Assembly: GCA_027451625.1 (NCBI GenBank)
Contig: DAIDIY010000047.1
Coordinates: forward strand, 1 to 52,350
Direction: 5' to 3'
Length of the DNA: 52,350 nt
Source: Candidatus Daviesbacteria bacterium
Lineage (GTDB): Bacteria; Patescibacteriota; Microgenomatia; Daviesbacterales; UBA10151
The notes beneath the pieces are model-generated. The model was not told the DNA's origin. It did no database searches and worked only from the letters and a program-made list of their open reading frames with translations. The translations under genes and the position numbers were made by a program. Shown here in pieces: positions 18,635-29,057 of the stretch; the first letter of the stretch is position 1, and each line of letters begins with the position of its first letter.

Positions 18635-19165
18635 TATTGTTTCTAACGCTTGATACAACACTATTCCTAAAGAAACCATCACGTTCAGGCTTATATTTAC
18701 TCCAGCCATTGGCAACTCTACTATAGTATCGCAACTTTGTAGAACTTCTTTCGATATTCCCAAACTTTCGTTTCCAACAACTAAACATACAGGCAAGCTA
18801 TAATCAAGCTTATCGTATGGTAAAGAATCACTATCTTGCTCTATAGCGACTATAGATAAATCTGGAATCGTTGTTTTTAATTTCTTTAAAGCTTCTATTG
18901 TTGTTGGAAAATATTCCCAATCAACCCATTCTGTTGTATTGATTGAAGCTTTTTTTATTCGAGAGTTTGGAGGTGTAGCAGTTTCACCGCAAAGATAGAT
19001 CTTTTTAGCAGCTACCGCATCAGCTAGACGGAATATAGAACCGATGTTATAAGTATCCAATACATTATCCAATAATATATATATATCTTTTTTTTGAATT
19101 TGATCTCGTCCCAATCCTGGTTCACCTTTACGAAGTTGTCGAGCGTTAAGTTTAATCATAGCCAT
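18626..19165 (-). CDS. SpoU/TrmH-family RNA methyltransferase (likely start 19159)
   Basis: LDNVLDTYNIGSIFRLAD, VVGNESLGI, LPMAGVNISLNV SPOUT motifs; the stop codon lies inside the IS end. Confidence 0.92.
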   Translation of the reverse strand: MAMIKLNARQLRKGEPGLGRDQIQKKDIYILLDNVLDTYNIGSIFRLADAVAAKKIYLCGETATPPNSRIKKASINTTEWVDWEYFPTTIEALKKLKTTIPDLSIVAIEQDSDSLPYDKLDYSLPVCLVVGNESLGISKEVLQSCDTIVELPMAGVNISLNVMVSLGIVLYQALETINL

Positions 19166-19208
19166 AATTCTACCATGATTTTACTTAAACTATCTTGCTT
19201 TGTTTTTA

Positions 19209-19237
19209 TTGACAGCACATTCTTTTTCTCATACCAT
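19209..19237 (+). promoter_or_regulatory. Sigma70-type promoter of the 19247-21937 operon
   Basis: TTGACA-17 nt-TACCAT, 9 nt before the ATG at 19247. Confidence 0.65.
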
Positions 19238-19246
19238 AAATAAAAG

Positions 19247-19744
19247 ATGAAAAATAATAAGATATTATTAATAATCATTACTAATGTATTAGTTATTGCG
19301 ATTTTAGGATTTCTTTTTTATTTATATCTCAATAGCCATTTTATCTATTTTCCCAAAAATCCATCAATCAATATTCCACAAGGTAATAATCAATCTCCTA
19401 CTGATCAAAATTCCTCACCACTTATAAATCCTAATAGCCACACATTACCTACTCCGCCTCCTCAACCTCCTCTAGTTCAAGGACAAAGAGCAACCTCTAT
19501 TGGTACAATTACGAAAAAAGATAACGACAGCATTACAGTACAAAGTGCAGACGGTAAATATTCTCAAACTTTTAATTTTGCAAGTGTCGTGGTGATATAT
19601 CCACTAGCTAGTCCAGGCAGTAGAGGAGTCAGTGGAACTACTAACAAAGATGCTATCATTTTAAATAAGCCTGTGGTGATAAATTTAATTCTTGAAAATG
19701 GAAAATATCTAGTCAATACTATTACATATCTAGCAAATTTTTAG
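19247..19744 (+). CDS. Membrane-anchored exported protein with Pro-rich linker and small beta domain
   Basis: TM helix, PTPPPQPP linker, GTITKKDNDSITV OB-fold-like segment. Confidence 0.8.
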   Translation: MKNNKILLIIITNVLVIAILGFLFYLYLNSHFIYFPKNPSINIPQGNNQSPTDQNSSPLINPNSHTLPTPPPQPPLVQGQRATSIGTITKKDNDSITVQSADGKYSQTFNFASVVVIYPLASPGSRGVSGTTNKDAIILNKPVVINLILENGKYLVNTITYLANF

Positions 19745-19745
19745 A

Positions 19746-21455
19746 ATGAAAACATTAAAAGATAGACTAAAAAAAATTCCTCTACATAAGATTCCAAAAA
19801 CTGTGGCTTTTTCAGTATCATTATTTTTACTACTTTTAGCAACATACATATTAATTAATCAATACCCATTTGCTCACGCTTCAGATTATGCTTCAACTAA
19901 AATTTTACTGCCTATCTCCCCTTGTCCAACCAACCCGCCAGCACCAACTCCAGCTCCTCCTTGCGTATTAGGCGCAGCAAGTGCAGCAACGGCTACATAT
20001 CAAGATGTTTCATCAGATGTACACATCTCAGGAAATGTGGGTATAGGCAATACTGCTCCATTAGGACCTCTAGCCGTTGGTGATGCAACGACAGTTGGCT
20101 CAGATGGGTATATAGTCTTAGGTAAGAAAACTAGTAATGGCTGGAACAGAGAAGCAAGGATTGGATATGATAACAACTACAATTTGATCCTAGGAGATTT
20201 TGGCGCTGGAAATAGTTCTGGCAGTGTTTGGACTCCTCAGTTAAGTATTGCATGGCAAGCTCCAGCGAATGATATCGTTGTAAATCAATATGGAAATATA
20301 GGATTAGGGACAGTTAATCCTATCGAACAGCTGGATCTTACTGGATCTATACATTTAAATGGAGCAAATAATTCTGGTGATTCTCCAGCTATTACATTAA
20401 ATTCTGCAGACCAATGGACCTTTAATGGTCAAAGCTTAAGGTCATATGGTTTTGGCTTTCATACAGATGAAAACAGTACCAACTGGGGTCCTTATATATC
20501 AGGTTGGGGTGGAATCGAGATGTTTACAAATGATACTGCCAGTAATATTTTCGATATGACTCAAGCGGGTAATGTAGGTATAGGAACATCGACCCCGTGG
20601 ATGAAACTAGATGTTCAGGGAAGTTTAGACTTAGCTAATAATAATAGTGCTTCTACCAATAGAATATATTTATCCTCTGGAGATGCTAACCATTACATTT
20701 ATTCTACAGGTAGCGGAGGAAATAATATGTACTTTGGTGAATATGGAGCTAATTTTCACTTTACTGATACGAGTAATGGATCAGATGCAGTTGCAATCAG
20801 TCAGGGAGCATATTCATCGGGGGGTATAAAAATAGGAGGATCAAATTCATTAAGCGGTAATGCCAACGGGTGGATTTATGTAGGAGATGGTAGCAATACA
20901 GTTTATGGTAATCAAGGTCTTGCTGCCAATAAATTATGGGCAAACTCAACTCTTTGTCTATCAGGAAAGTGCATAACTGGTTGGCCTGGTCAAGAAACAA
21001 CAGTTAGCTTAGGTCATTCCTCAGGATCTGGACATTGGGATAATACTAATTGGGATTCAAACGGGAATTTCTTTTATTATGATTCATCAAAATATACAGG
21101 TGCGACAGTGTATCTTGATGTAACAGGTACATCGGGCGCACCTTATAGTGCTGGTCCAGGGAGTGCTCCTTGCGCGGATGATACTACTCTGATACAGACA
21201 GTCTATGGAGAGTTAAAAAGCAATACAGATACAACTGGGGCTAATACTGCTGAAAACACGGACAGTACTTTTAATGTTACTAGTTGGCAAGACGTCCCCG
21301 GAACGCAGATGACTTGGAACAGTCATCCAAATTTATTAAGGCAAAGGATTGGTCCTATAACATTAACATCCGGCAGATTATATACTTATGCATCGCAATC
21401 GAAGAACTGCAATGGTTTTATTGTAACAGATGCGAATTTGGTATTTGACTGGTAA
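19746..21455 (+). CDS. Exported fibre/adhesin-like protein with GNVGIG repeats
   Basis: Signal/TM segment, Pro-rich linker, three repeats (GNVGIGNTAP, GNIGLGTVNP, GNVGIGTSTP), LCLSGKCITGWP motif, Gly/Ser/Asn-rich. Confidence 0.8.
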   Translation: MKTLKDRLKKIPLHKIPKTVAFSVSLFLLLLATYILINQYPFAHASDYASTKILLPISPCPTNPPAPTPAPPCVLGAASAATATYQDVSSDVHISGNVGIGNTAPLGPLAVGDATTVGSDGYIVLGKKTSNGWNREARIGYDNNYNLILGDFGAGNSSGSVWTPQLSIAWQAPANDIVVNQYGNIGLGTVNPIEQLDLTGSIHLNGANNSGDSPAITLNSADQWTFNGQSLRSYGFGFHTDENSTNWGPYISGWGGIEMFTNDTASNIFDMTQAGNVGIGTSTPWMKLDVQGSLDLANNNSASTNRIYLSSGDANHYIYSTGSGGNNMYFGEYGANFHFTDTSNGSDAVAISQGAYSSGGIKIGGSNSLSGNANGWIYVGDGSNTVYGNQGLAANKLWANSTLCLSGKCITGWPGQETTVSLGHSSGSGHWDNTNWDSNGNFFYYDSSKYTGATVYLDVTGTSGAPYSAGPGSAPCADDTTLIQTVYGELKSNTDTTGANTAENTDSTFNVTSWQDVPGTQMTWNSHPNLLRQRIGPITLTSGRLYTYASQSKNCNGFIVTDANLVFDW

Positions 21456-21937
21456 TGACAAAAATCTTAGCTGTTGCCTATATCTTAATAGTCTTTTTAT
21501 ATTTCTTCATTATTCCTAAAATAGTGTACGCGTCCTGGATTATAGATATGACTCCTCCCGTATGTAAAGTAACAGCTCAAAGTGTTCCAAATAATATTGA
21601 CCTTACTAATCAGTCTGTCCCTGCAGGAACAAACTATACAGCTCAAGCCTCATCTGAAGATACTCAGAGCTCTCTAATTTCTTTTACCTTTACCGGAACT
21701 ACTGGAACTGGAACTCAAATTTTTAACTATTCTTTAGGGTCTCCTGTAGGAGCAGGAACTTGGGCTTATTTACCGACTCCTACTCCATATAATGGAACCA
21801 CTTCAATAAGTGACTATCCTTACACATTTACAGCGACATGTGAAGATTCTGCTGGAAATAGTATTACAGTAAATCCTAAGATGTACACTCCCCCTTATAT
21901 GCAGACAGTAGGCGGAGATGTTCATGCTAATCAGTAG
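21455..21937 (+). CDS. Secreted Ig-like domain protein
   Basis: Signal peptide (..IVYA), DMTPPVC...YTFTATCEDSAGN Ig-like pattern, ends in PYMQTVGGDVH; translationally coupled (TAATG). Confidence 0.78.
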   Translation: MTKILAVAYILIVFLYFFIIPKIVYASWIIDMTPPVCKVTAQSVPNNIDLTNQSVPAGTNYTAQASSEDTQSSLISFTFTGTTGTGTQIFNYSLGSPVGAGTWAYLPTPTPYNGTTSISDYPYTFTATCEDSAGNSITVNPKMYTPPYMQTVGGDVHANQ

Positions 21938-21940
21938 ATT

Positions 21941-22642
21941 TTACTTGCCGAAATTCCTCTTTTGTTTTTGATACCAGCTAACTGCTCTTCTTAATTCTTT
22001 CGCTCCAAAATCAGGCCATAAAGTAGGAGTAAAGTATAGCTCCGAGTAGGCTGTTTGCCAGATTAAAAAATTAGAGAGCCTTACTCTGCCACCGGTACGA
22101 ATAACTAACTCGGGCTCAGTTTGACCATTAGTATATAAGTGCTTATCAAGAAGTTCCTCGTTAATTTTATCTAACTCTACACCATTTTTAACTATCTCCT
22201 TAATTGCTGATATAATCTCTTTTTTACCACCATAGTTTAAAGCAATATTTAATTTTATTGCCTCATTTTTGATATATGTTTTGCGCAATTCTCTAATAAT
22301 TTTTTTTATTGTTTCTGGCAATCCGTTCAATTCTCCTAAGATCTCTACAGAAACACCCTTTTTCATCATTTTTTTTAACTTTGTATGATAATTAGTACTA
22401 ATAATTCTAAATAAGCTTAAAACTTCGCGTTTTGCTCTCTCTTTGATATTTTCTGTTGAAAGAGCATAAACAGTAATCGTCTTTATTCCCATATCAGAAG
22501 CTTCATCTACAACTGTTTCTAAAGCATCCGCTCCTGCTTCATGTCCTTTATAGTCCGGTAGGTTATGATTTCTCGCCCATCGACGATTTCCATCCATAAT
22601 GATAGCAATATGAGAAGGAATATTATTTTTACTTAGATCCAT
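21941..22642 (-). CDS. uppS: Undecaprenyl diphosphate synthase (cis-prenyltransferase)
   Basis: HIAIIMDGNRRWA, ALSTEN, IRTGGRVRLSNFLIWQ, LWPDF. Confidence 0.96.
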   Translation of the reverse strand: MDLSKNNIPSHIAIIMDGNRRWARNHNLPDYKGHEAGADALETVVDEASDMGIKTITVYALSTENIKERAKREVLSLFRIISTNYHTKLKKMMKKGVSVEILGELNGLPETIKKIIRELRKTYIKNEAIKLNIALNYGGKKEIISAIKEIVKNGVELDKINEELLDKHLYTNGQTEPELVIRTGGRVRLSNFLIWQTAYSELYFTPTLWPDFGAKELRRAVSWYQKQKRNFGK

Positions 22643-22771
22643 GGATGAAATAATATCAGATTAAATACTAGACTGCAAAGCTGATTAGCTTTATTTAGGC
22701 TTTTATAAAAATTTATACAAAATAAAGATTATTTATTCTCCTTTTAAGGTCCTTTATAATTTATAAGTAAT

Positions 22772-24046
22772 ATGAAAGTTGCAATCTTGGGAGGTGGGTT
22801 TTGCGGCCTGACTGCCGCTTTAAGACTCTTACAACAAGGCCATCAAGTAGTTGTTATTGAAAAAGATACAGAGGTAGGAGGACTTGCTGTGGGATTTTCC
22901 CAACTAAAATGGGATTGGTCCTTAGAAAAAGCGTATCACCACTGGTTTACCAATGATGACTTTGCCTTAAAACTGGCAAAAGAATTAGGACATAAAGTAA
23001 TTATTACAAGACCACGAACAGATGTTTTTATTAACCAACGAATTCTTCCTTTTGATTCAGCAAAAGCGTTACTTACTTTTCCATATCTTAAATTTTTCTC
23101 TAAAGTTCAAACAGCGGCTACTCTTATTTTTCTTAAATATTTAGCTTCAGAGTCGACATTTTCTAATCAGTGCGCATTAGATTATCTTCGTAAAACTATG
23201 GGTGATGAAGTTGTAACTCTCATTTGGGAACCATTAATGACAGGAAAGTTTGGCGACTATGCTTCGCAAATTCTAATGACATGGTTTTGGGCCAGAATCA
23301 AAAAAAGAACTTCTTTCCTTGCTTATCCTGAGGGGGGATTTTTATCATTTGCAAAGGAGATAGAAAATAAAATTAGGAATTTGGGAGGAGAAGTTCAACT
23401 TAAAACTGCTGTTAAATCTATTAATTCCACTAAAGAAGGAATTGTGATTGAAACTTCTTCAGAAAAAATGGTTTTTGATCGGGTTGTATCGACTCTCCCT
23501 TCACCGGTTTTTTGTAAAATTGCCTCTTTCTTACCTCAAAATTATATAAATAATATAACATCTATTCCTCATCTCTCCGCTTTAAACCTAATCTTAATAT
23601 TAGATGAACAGTTCATGCCCTCTTACTGGTTGAATATAACTGATAAGCAATTTCCGTTTCTTGTTCTTGCTGAGCATACAAACTTTATAGATAAAAAACA
23701 CTATGCAAATCAACATATCTTATATATTGGCAACTATTTACCACCTACCCACCCAAGTTTTAAATTTACTCCTCAGAAATTATTAGTAGAATATTCACCT
23801 TATCTAGAAAAAATTAATCCCAATTTTAAATCTCATCTCCTAGATATAAAAATGTTTTCAGCACCTTTCGCTCAACCGGTAGTCACTCAAGGATATAGAG
23901 AAAAAATTCCTCTATTTCACTCACCCCTCAAGAATATCTATATAGCTAATATGGATATGGTTTATCCCTGGGATCGAGGAACAAATTATGCTATCAAGAT
24001 GGGCGAAGATATTGCCGAGATGGTAGATGAGGAGGGAGAAGTTTAA
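22772..24046 (+). CDS. FAD-dependent oxidoreductase (amine oxidase/protoporphyrinogen oxidase-like family)
   Basis: ILGGGFCGLTAA Rossmann fold, GGLA, YHHWF, AQPV, YPWDRGTNYAI. Confidence 0.85.
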   Translation: MKVAILGGGFCGLTAALRLLQQGHQVVVIEKDTEVGGLAVGFSQLKWDWSLEKAYHHWFTNDDFALKLAKELGHKVIITRPRTDVFINQRILPFDSAKALLTFPYLKFFSKVQTAATLIFLKYLASESTFSNQCALDYLRKTMGDEVVTLIWEPLMTGKFGDYASQILMTWFWARIKKRTSFLAYPEGGFLSFAKEIENKIRNLGGEVQLKTAVKSINSTKEGIVIETSSEKMVFDRVVSTLPSPVFCKIASFLPQNYINNITSIPHLSALNLILILDEQFMPSYWLNITDKQFPFLVLAEHTNFIDKKHYANQHILYIGNYLPPTHPSFKFTPQKLLVEYSPYLEKINPNFKSHLLDIKMFSAPFAQPVVTQGYREKIPLFHSPLKNIYIANMDMVYPWDRGTNYAIKMGEDIAEMVDEEGEV

Positions 24047-24058
24047 ACCTATATCTTC

Positions 24059-25711
24059 ATGAAACATCTCCGTTTACTAAATCTAGATACACTTTTCCTG
24101 ATACTAATAATTATTACCGGAGGTTTTTTACGTTTCTATAAGCTTGATTGGGGAAATGGTTTGTTTGCTCACCCGGATGAATATCATATCGTTATTGCAG
24201 CAAATCAGTTATCTTTTCCCACTCAGATGAATCCTCATTTCTTCTCATATGGAACTTTTACTATCTACCTTATTTACTTTACAAAGACTTTTTTATCTTT
24301 TCTTGGACAATTTATTTCATTTAATGCAAACTTGCTAAACCCTTTTTTGATAGGCAGATTTTACTCAGCACTATTCTCCACTTTAACTATCTATATAATT
24401 TATAAAATCGTAGACTCGAATTTTAATCGTCAAACAGCTCTTCTAGCAGCCTTTCTCACTGCCTTTACTCCTGGTTTAGTACAACAAGCCCACTTCACTA
24501 CTCCAGAGTCGAATTTGATCTTTTGTCTTTTTGCCTCTTTGTACTTTATTCTTCTATATGTAAAAAACCCTCAAGTTAAAAATATAATCCTTAGTACAGT
24601 ATTTTTAGGATTGGCCAGTGGAACAAAAGTCAGTAGCTTAACATTTTCTCCAGTAATCTTACTTGCTTTAGTTTTGAAGCAAAGGCATCAACCAATAAAG
24701 AAAGTCCTCTCCAACATTCCCGTCATTGCAGTCGCTTACTGTATTACCTTTTTTATAGTTGATCCCTATGTATTTCTTGATTTCCCAGATTTTATAGGCA
24801 ATTTAACATATGAAGGAAATCTTGCAGCTGGGACATTCGTAGTTTTTTATACTCGACAATTTATTGGAACAATCCCCTTTTTATTCCAATTTAAAAAAAT
24901 CTATCCATTTGCTGAAGGTCTAATTCTCCCATTCGCTGTAATAGGATTCATTGTTAATTTGTTTTTGATGGTAAAAAAGAAGTCCTCAACTTTAATGATA
25001 CTCATTATCTCCTTTTTACTAATTTTTATTCCCAACTCATTACTCTTTGCCAAATGGACTCGGTTTAGCTCTCCTGTATTCCCTTTTTTAGCTATATTCG
25101 CTAGCCTTTCTATAATCACGTTTTCGAAACTACACACCAAGATTGGATCTATATTGGAGATAATTCTAATCATCAGTGCTTATTTATGGACTTTATCCTT
25201 CTTTTCTATTTATCTTCTTCCAGACGTTAGGATAACTGCTTCCAATTGGTTAGCAACTCATACACCAAAAAACTCCTTATTCCTTATTGAAGAAGGAAAT
25301 ACAGTTGATCTCCCTTTGGATGGAGAATATCGACGAATTGGATTTAATTTCTATAACTTAGAGAATAACTACATAGCTAAATTAGAACTCGGACAAGATC
25401 TAGTTGCTTCTGATTACTTTTTAATCCAGAGCCGTCGAGTGTTTGCAAATTTAGGAAATAAAAACTCTTTTCCGACAACTTCAAAATTTTACAAACTATT
25501 ATTTAATGGAACCCTCGGTTTTAAGGAAATAGCCCAATTTTCTTCATACCCAGGGCTTTATCCTTTAGGAATTCCTATTCAGTTTCCAGATGAGGGAGCT
25601 GAGGAGACATGGAGTGTTTTTGATCATCCAGTAATTAGAGTCTATAAAAAAGTTCATTCTTTTACACTCCAAGAATATCTTGATATGCTAAACAGAGCAA
25701 ATAATAATTAA
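24059..25711 (+). CDS. GT-C fold (PMT/ArnT-like) membrane glycosyltransferase
   Basis: LRFYKLDWG...HPDE, NPHFFSYG, multi-TM, C-terminal EETWSVFDHP. Confidence 0.85.
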   Translation: MKHLRLLNLDTLFLILIIITGGFLRFYKLDWGNGLFAHPDEYHIVIAANQLSFPTQMNPHFFSYGTFTIYLIYFTKTFLSFLGQFISFNANLLNPFLIGRFYSALFSTLTIYIIYKIVDSNFNRQTALLAAFLTAFTPGLVQQAHFTTPESNLIFCLFASLYFILLYVKNPQVKNIILSTVFLGLASGTKVSSLTFSPVILLALVLKQRHQPIKKVLSNIPVIAVAYCITFFIVDPYVFLDFPDFIGNLTYEGNLAAGTFVVFYTRQFIGTIPFLFQFKKIYPFAEGLILPFAVIGFIVNLFLMVKKKSSTLMILIISFLLIFIPNSLLFAKWTRFSSPVFPFLAIFASLSIITFSKLHTKIGSILEIILIISAYLWTLSFFSIYLLPDVRITASNWLATHTPKNSLFLIEEGNTVDLPLDGEYRRIGFNFYNLENNYIAKLELGQDLVASDYFLIQSRRVFANLGNKNSFPTTSKFYKLLFNGTLGFKEIAQFSSYPGLYPLGIPIQFPDEGAEETWSVFDHPVIRVYKKVHSFTLQEYLDMLNRANNN

Positions 25712-25721
25712 TTTAGGTTCA

Positions 25722-27440
25722 ATGACTATGAAGAAGTATATCTTATTAGCAATCTTTTTATTAGCATTAGCTTTGCGTTTATATGACATTAACTGGGATC
25801 AAGGTTATCATCTGCAACCAGATGAGAGAGAGATAACGCTTGTCACTTTAACTTTACATTTGCCTATCACACCTCAAGATTGGGCAAATTTATTGACGCC
25901 TCAAAGCACCTTAAACCCTAAATTTTTTGCTTATGGCTCATTGCCGATATATCTCCTCTTCCTTTTAGGTCAAATTTTAAATCTTGCCTCTTATGATCGA
26001 ATTGCCATTTTAGGTAGAGTGTTATCTGCCTTAGCAGACAGTGGAACGGTTTTACTGGTTTTCTGGTTAGGTAAAAAATTAATCAATCGTTCTGTTGGAA
26101 TAATAGGAGCTCTTTTTTATACTTTCTCAGTATTACCTATTCAACTCTCTCATTTTTATGCAGTGGATACATTACTTACATTCTTTATTACTTTGACTTT
26201 AATTTTATCAATTTGTTACTATGAAAAACCCTCATTTAAAAAAGCAATAATTTTAGGTTTATTCTTAGGAGCTGCTTTAACGACAAAGATTAGTTCACTA
26301 GTTCTTCTTGCGCCAGTTTTATTATCTTTAGGTATAGATTTCTGCTTAATATTTCTCAAAACATTACATCAACCTAGATTCTGGATACCACATATAACCA
26401 AAACTGCTCGCAAGGTAATACTTGAGGGGTTTCTAATAATAGGTACCGCTGCTGCTACTTTTGTTATCTTTGAACCTTACGCATTAATAGATAATTTAAA
26501 TTTTTATCAACAGAACTTAGAACAAGCGGCCATGACTAAAGACCCCTTTGTTTTCCCATATACATTACAATATGTTGGTATCCCGCATTATATCTATGAA
26601 ATTAAGAATATCTTCCTTTGGGGATTGGGACCTATCCTTGCTTTGATATGCTTTATCGGCGTACTTTATGTAACTTTTATCGTTATCAAAAGAACAATTG
26701 ATCATCCAACACCTCATCAAACAAATATTTCTAAATTCTTCTTATTACTTGTTTTTTTCTGGATATACCTCGGGATAGTTGGAAGTTTTGCAATAGGTTT
26801 TATCCGTTACATGCTTCCTGTATACCCTCTGCTTTGTTTCTTCGGCGCAATATTCTTATGGCAAATTATAAAAATAATAAAATTTAAACTTTTACAAAAT
26901 GTATGCTATATTCTTTGCTTCATCTTGATCTTGATTTGGCCTCTTTCTTTTATGCATATATATTCGAAAGACAATACTAGAGTTTTGGCTACTAAATGGA
27001 TTATTAAAAATATTCCCATTGGAGGAAAGATTGCCGTTGAACACTGGGATGATACTTTACCTTTGGGTATAGCTTCGAATTTTCAAATGTTTACTCTCCC
27101 TTTATATGACCCTGAGACACCCGCTAAATGGCAGCTAGTCTCCCACATATTGAATCAAACAGATTACATTGTTATTGCCAGTAATAGGTTATATGTTCCT
27201 CTTCAAAAGCTTACTGATTGCAGACATTTACCTCCAGGAAAATGCTACACACAGACCGCTCAATACTATAAAGAGTTATTTAATGGCAGTTTAGGTTTTA
27301 AAAAAGTAGCTCAGTTTTCAATTCATCCTCAGTTTTCTATCCTAGGATTTAAAATACTAATTGATGATTCCTCAGCTGATGAATCTTTTACCGTTTATGA
27401 TCACCCAACAGTAATGATATTCAAAAAATCCGCATCATGA
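25722..27440 (+). CDS. GT-C fold (PMT/ArnT-like) membrane glycosyltransferase, paralog of upstream gene
   Basis: LRLYDINWD...QPDE, NPKFFAYG, RYMLP, DESFTVYDHP. Confidence 0.85.
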   Translation: MTMKKYILLAIFLLALALRLYDINWDQGYHLQPDEREITLVTLTLHLPITPQDWANLLTPQSTLNPKFFAYGSLPIYLLFLLGQILNLASYDRIAILGRVLSALADSGTVLLVFWLGKKLINRSVGIIGALFYTFSVLPIQLSHFYAVDTLLTFFITLTLILSICYYEKPSFKKAIILGLFLGAALTTKISSLVLLAPVLLSLGIDFCLIFLKTLHQPRFWIPHITKTARKVILEGFLIIGTAAATFVIFEPYALIDNLNFYQQNLEQAAMTKDPFVFPYTLQYVGIPHYIYEIKNIFLWGLGPILALICFIGVLYVTFIVIKRTIDHPTPHQTNISKFFLLLVFFWIYLGIVGSFAIGFIRYMLPVYPLLCFFGAIFLWQIIKIIKFKLLQNVCYILCFILILIWPLSFMHIYSKDNTRVLATKWIIKNIPIGGKIAVEHWDDTLPLGIASNFQMFTLPLYDPETPAKWQLVSHILNQTDYIVIASNRLYVPLQKLTDCRHLPPGKCYTQTAQYYKELFNGSLGFKKVAQFSIHPQFSILGFKILIDDSSADESFTVYDHPTVMIFKKSAS

Positions 27441-28981
27441 AGGAAAGACTTTGTCTTTTATTAATATTATTACTTGGTTTTATAATCAGAGTTTGGAACT
27501 TAGAACAATATCCCACTGGATTTTTTGCTGATGAGGCCTCGATAGGATACAATGCCTATACCATACTTTCCTCAGGGAAGGATCAATATGGAATGTCATT
27601 CCCATTTTTCTTTAAATCTTTTGGTGAATATAAAGATCCAGTAGAAATCTATAGCACAGTTCCTTTAATTTATCTATTTGGTTTAAGTCAATTCTCAACA
27701 AGACTTACTTCAGCTATATGGGGCACATTAGGGATTTTAGCTATTTTTTATCTAATACTAGAAATGTTTAAAGATTATCCTCATAAGACTCAGCTAGCGT
27801 CTTTCGGAGCCATTTTTTTAGCCACCTCACCTTGGGCCATTCAATTCAGCAGAGTATCTCTGGAAGGGCTAATGCCTTATCTCACTTTTTCTATCCTTGG
27901 AACTTTTTTCTTTCTAAAAATTAATCAATCTTTAAAATTCTTAATCCTTAGTATTATATGTTTTAGTCTAGCTTTTTACAGCTATTTTCCAGCCCGAATC
28001 TTTATTCCTTTTTTTGTCATTGGTTTATTAATTTTTAACTCTCAAATTTTTATTAAAAATAAGCCAGCTCTTCTTTGGGGAGGATTAATTACAGGTATAT
28101 TTCTAACACCATTTTTATTATCAATTATTTCCAACCAGGCTTTTTCAAGATGGAATCAGGTGAGCATTTTTTCAAACCCTCCGCAAAATCAACCAATTAT
28201 AGTGCATATCATAAATAATTATATAAGTAACTTATCAATATCTTTTCTATTTCTAAAAGGAGATATCGGAATGACTGGACAGTTTATCACACGGCATTCT
28301 GTTCGCGGATTTGGCGAGCTTTACCTATTCCAGGCACCTCTCATTCTATTAGGAATCATATTTTTAGTAAAAAAAAGGCTTTATTACCCCTCTTTTATAT
28401 TACTACTGTGGACAATTTTATTTCCTAGTGGCAGTATGCTCACCACAGATAGGAGCGTCCAAGCAACCCGATCTATTATTGGAATTGTTCCCCTGCAGAT
28501 TTTTTCTGCTTTAGGCCTAATCTATCTTTTGGAGCTGATAAAAATCAAAAAAGCAAAAGAATATGTTCTCTCCCTTTTCTTAATAATTATATTTATCTCT
28601 TTAGGATTATATCTTTATGTATACTTTAAAATTTACCCTTCTTATTCGGCTAACTTTTGGGGGTGGCAATACGGACCAAAACCGATAATGGCTTATTTTT
28701 TATCTCATCAGAATCTTTATGATGACCTCTATATGAGTGGAGAATTCAATGGTTCAGATATTTTTTTAAAATTTTATGATCCAATTAGCCTTTGTCAAAA
28801 CAAATGTCGAATAGGAGATTTTCTCAGAGAACCGGGAATTATAAATAAAAACAAAAAACAACTTTTTGCTCTTAGTCCAGATTACTTAAAAAAGAGTGCT
28901 TTCGGATCTAAATTCGATATATTAAAAACTATTCTTTATCCTAACAAGCAAACTGCATTTTTAATAGGTATTCTCAAATAA
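27437..28981 (+). CDS. GT-C fold (PMT/ArnT-like) membrane glycosyltransferase
   Basis: PTGFFADEASIGYNAY, FKSFGEYK, SPWAIQFSR, multi-TM, WQYG. Confidence 0.85.
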   Translation: MKERLCLLLILLLGFIIRVWNLEQYPTGFFADEASIGYNAYTILSSGKDQYGMSFPFFFKSFGEYKDPVEIYSTVPLIYLFGLSQFSTRLTSAIWGTLGILAIFYLILEMFKDYPHKTQLASFGAIFLATSPWAIQFSRVSLEGLMPYLTFSILGTFFFLKINQSLKFLILSIICFSLAFYSYFPARIFIPFFVIGLLIFNSQIFIKNKPALLWGGLITGIFLTPFLLSIISNQAFSRWNQVSIFSNPPQNQPIIVHIINNYISNLSISFLFLKGDIGMTGQFITRHSVRGFGELYLFQAPLILLGIIFLVKKRLYYPSFILLLWTILFPSGSMLTTDRSVQATRSIIGIVPLQIFSALGLIYLLELIKIKKAKEYVLSLFLIIIFISLGLYLYVYFKIYPSYSANFWGWQYGPKPIMAYFLSHQNLYDDLYMSGEFNGSDIFLKFYDPISLCQNKCRIGDFLREPGIINKNKKQLFALSPDYLKKSAFGSKFDILKTILYPNKQTAFLIGILK

Positions 28982-29057
28982 GGAATTCATAAATTTACTA
29001 TTGCTAAAAAGCTTATAAAATTTTAAACTTTAGAATTGCTTAATATAAAATTATAAG

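Noticed and set aside
19247-21937. Prophage or diversity-generating retroelement around the fibre-like gene
   Set aside because: No integrase, capsid, terminase or reverse transcriptase is present, no TR/VR repeat pair was seen, and the proteins carry cellular export signals.
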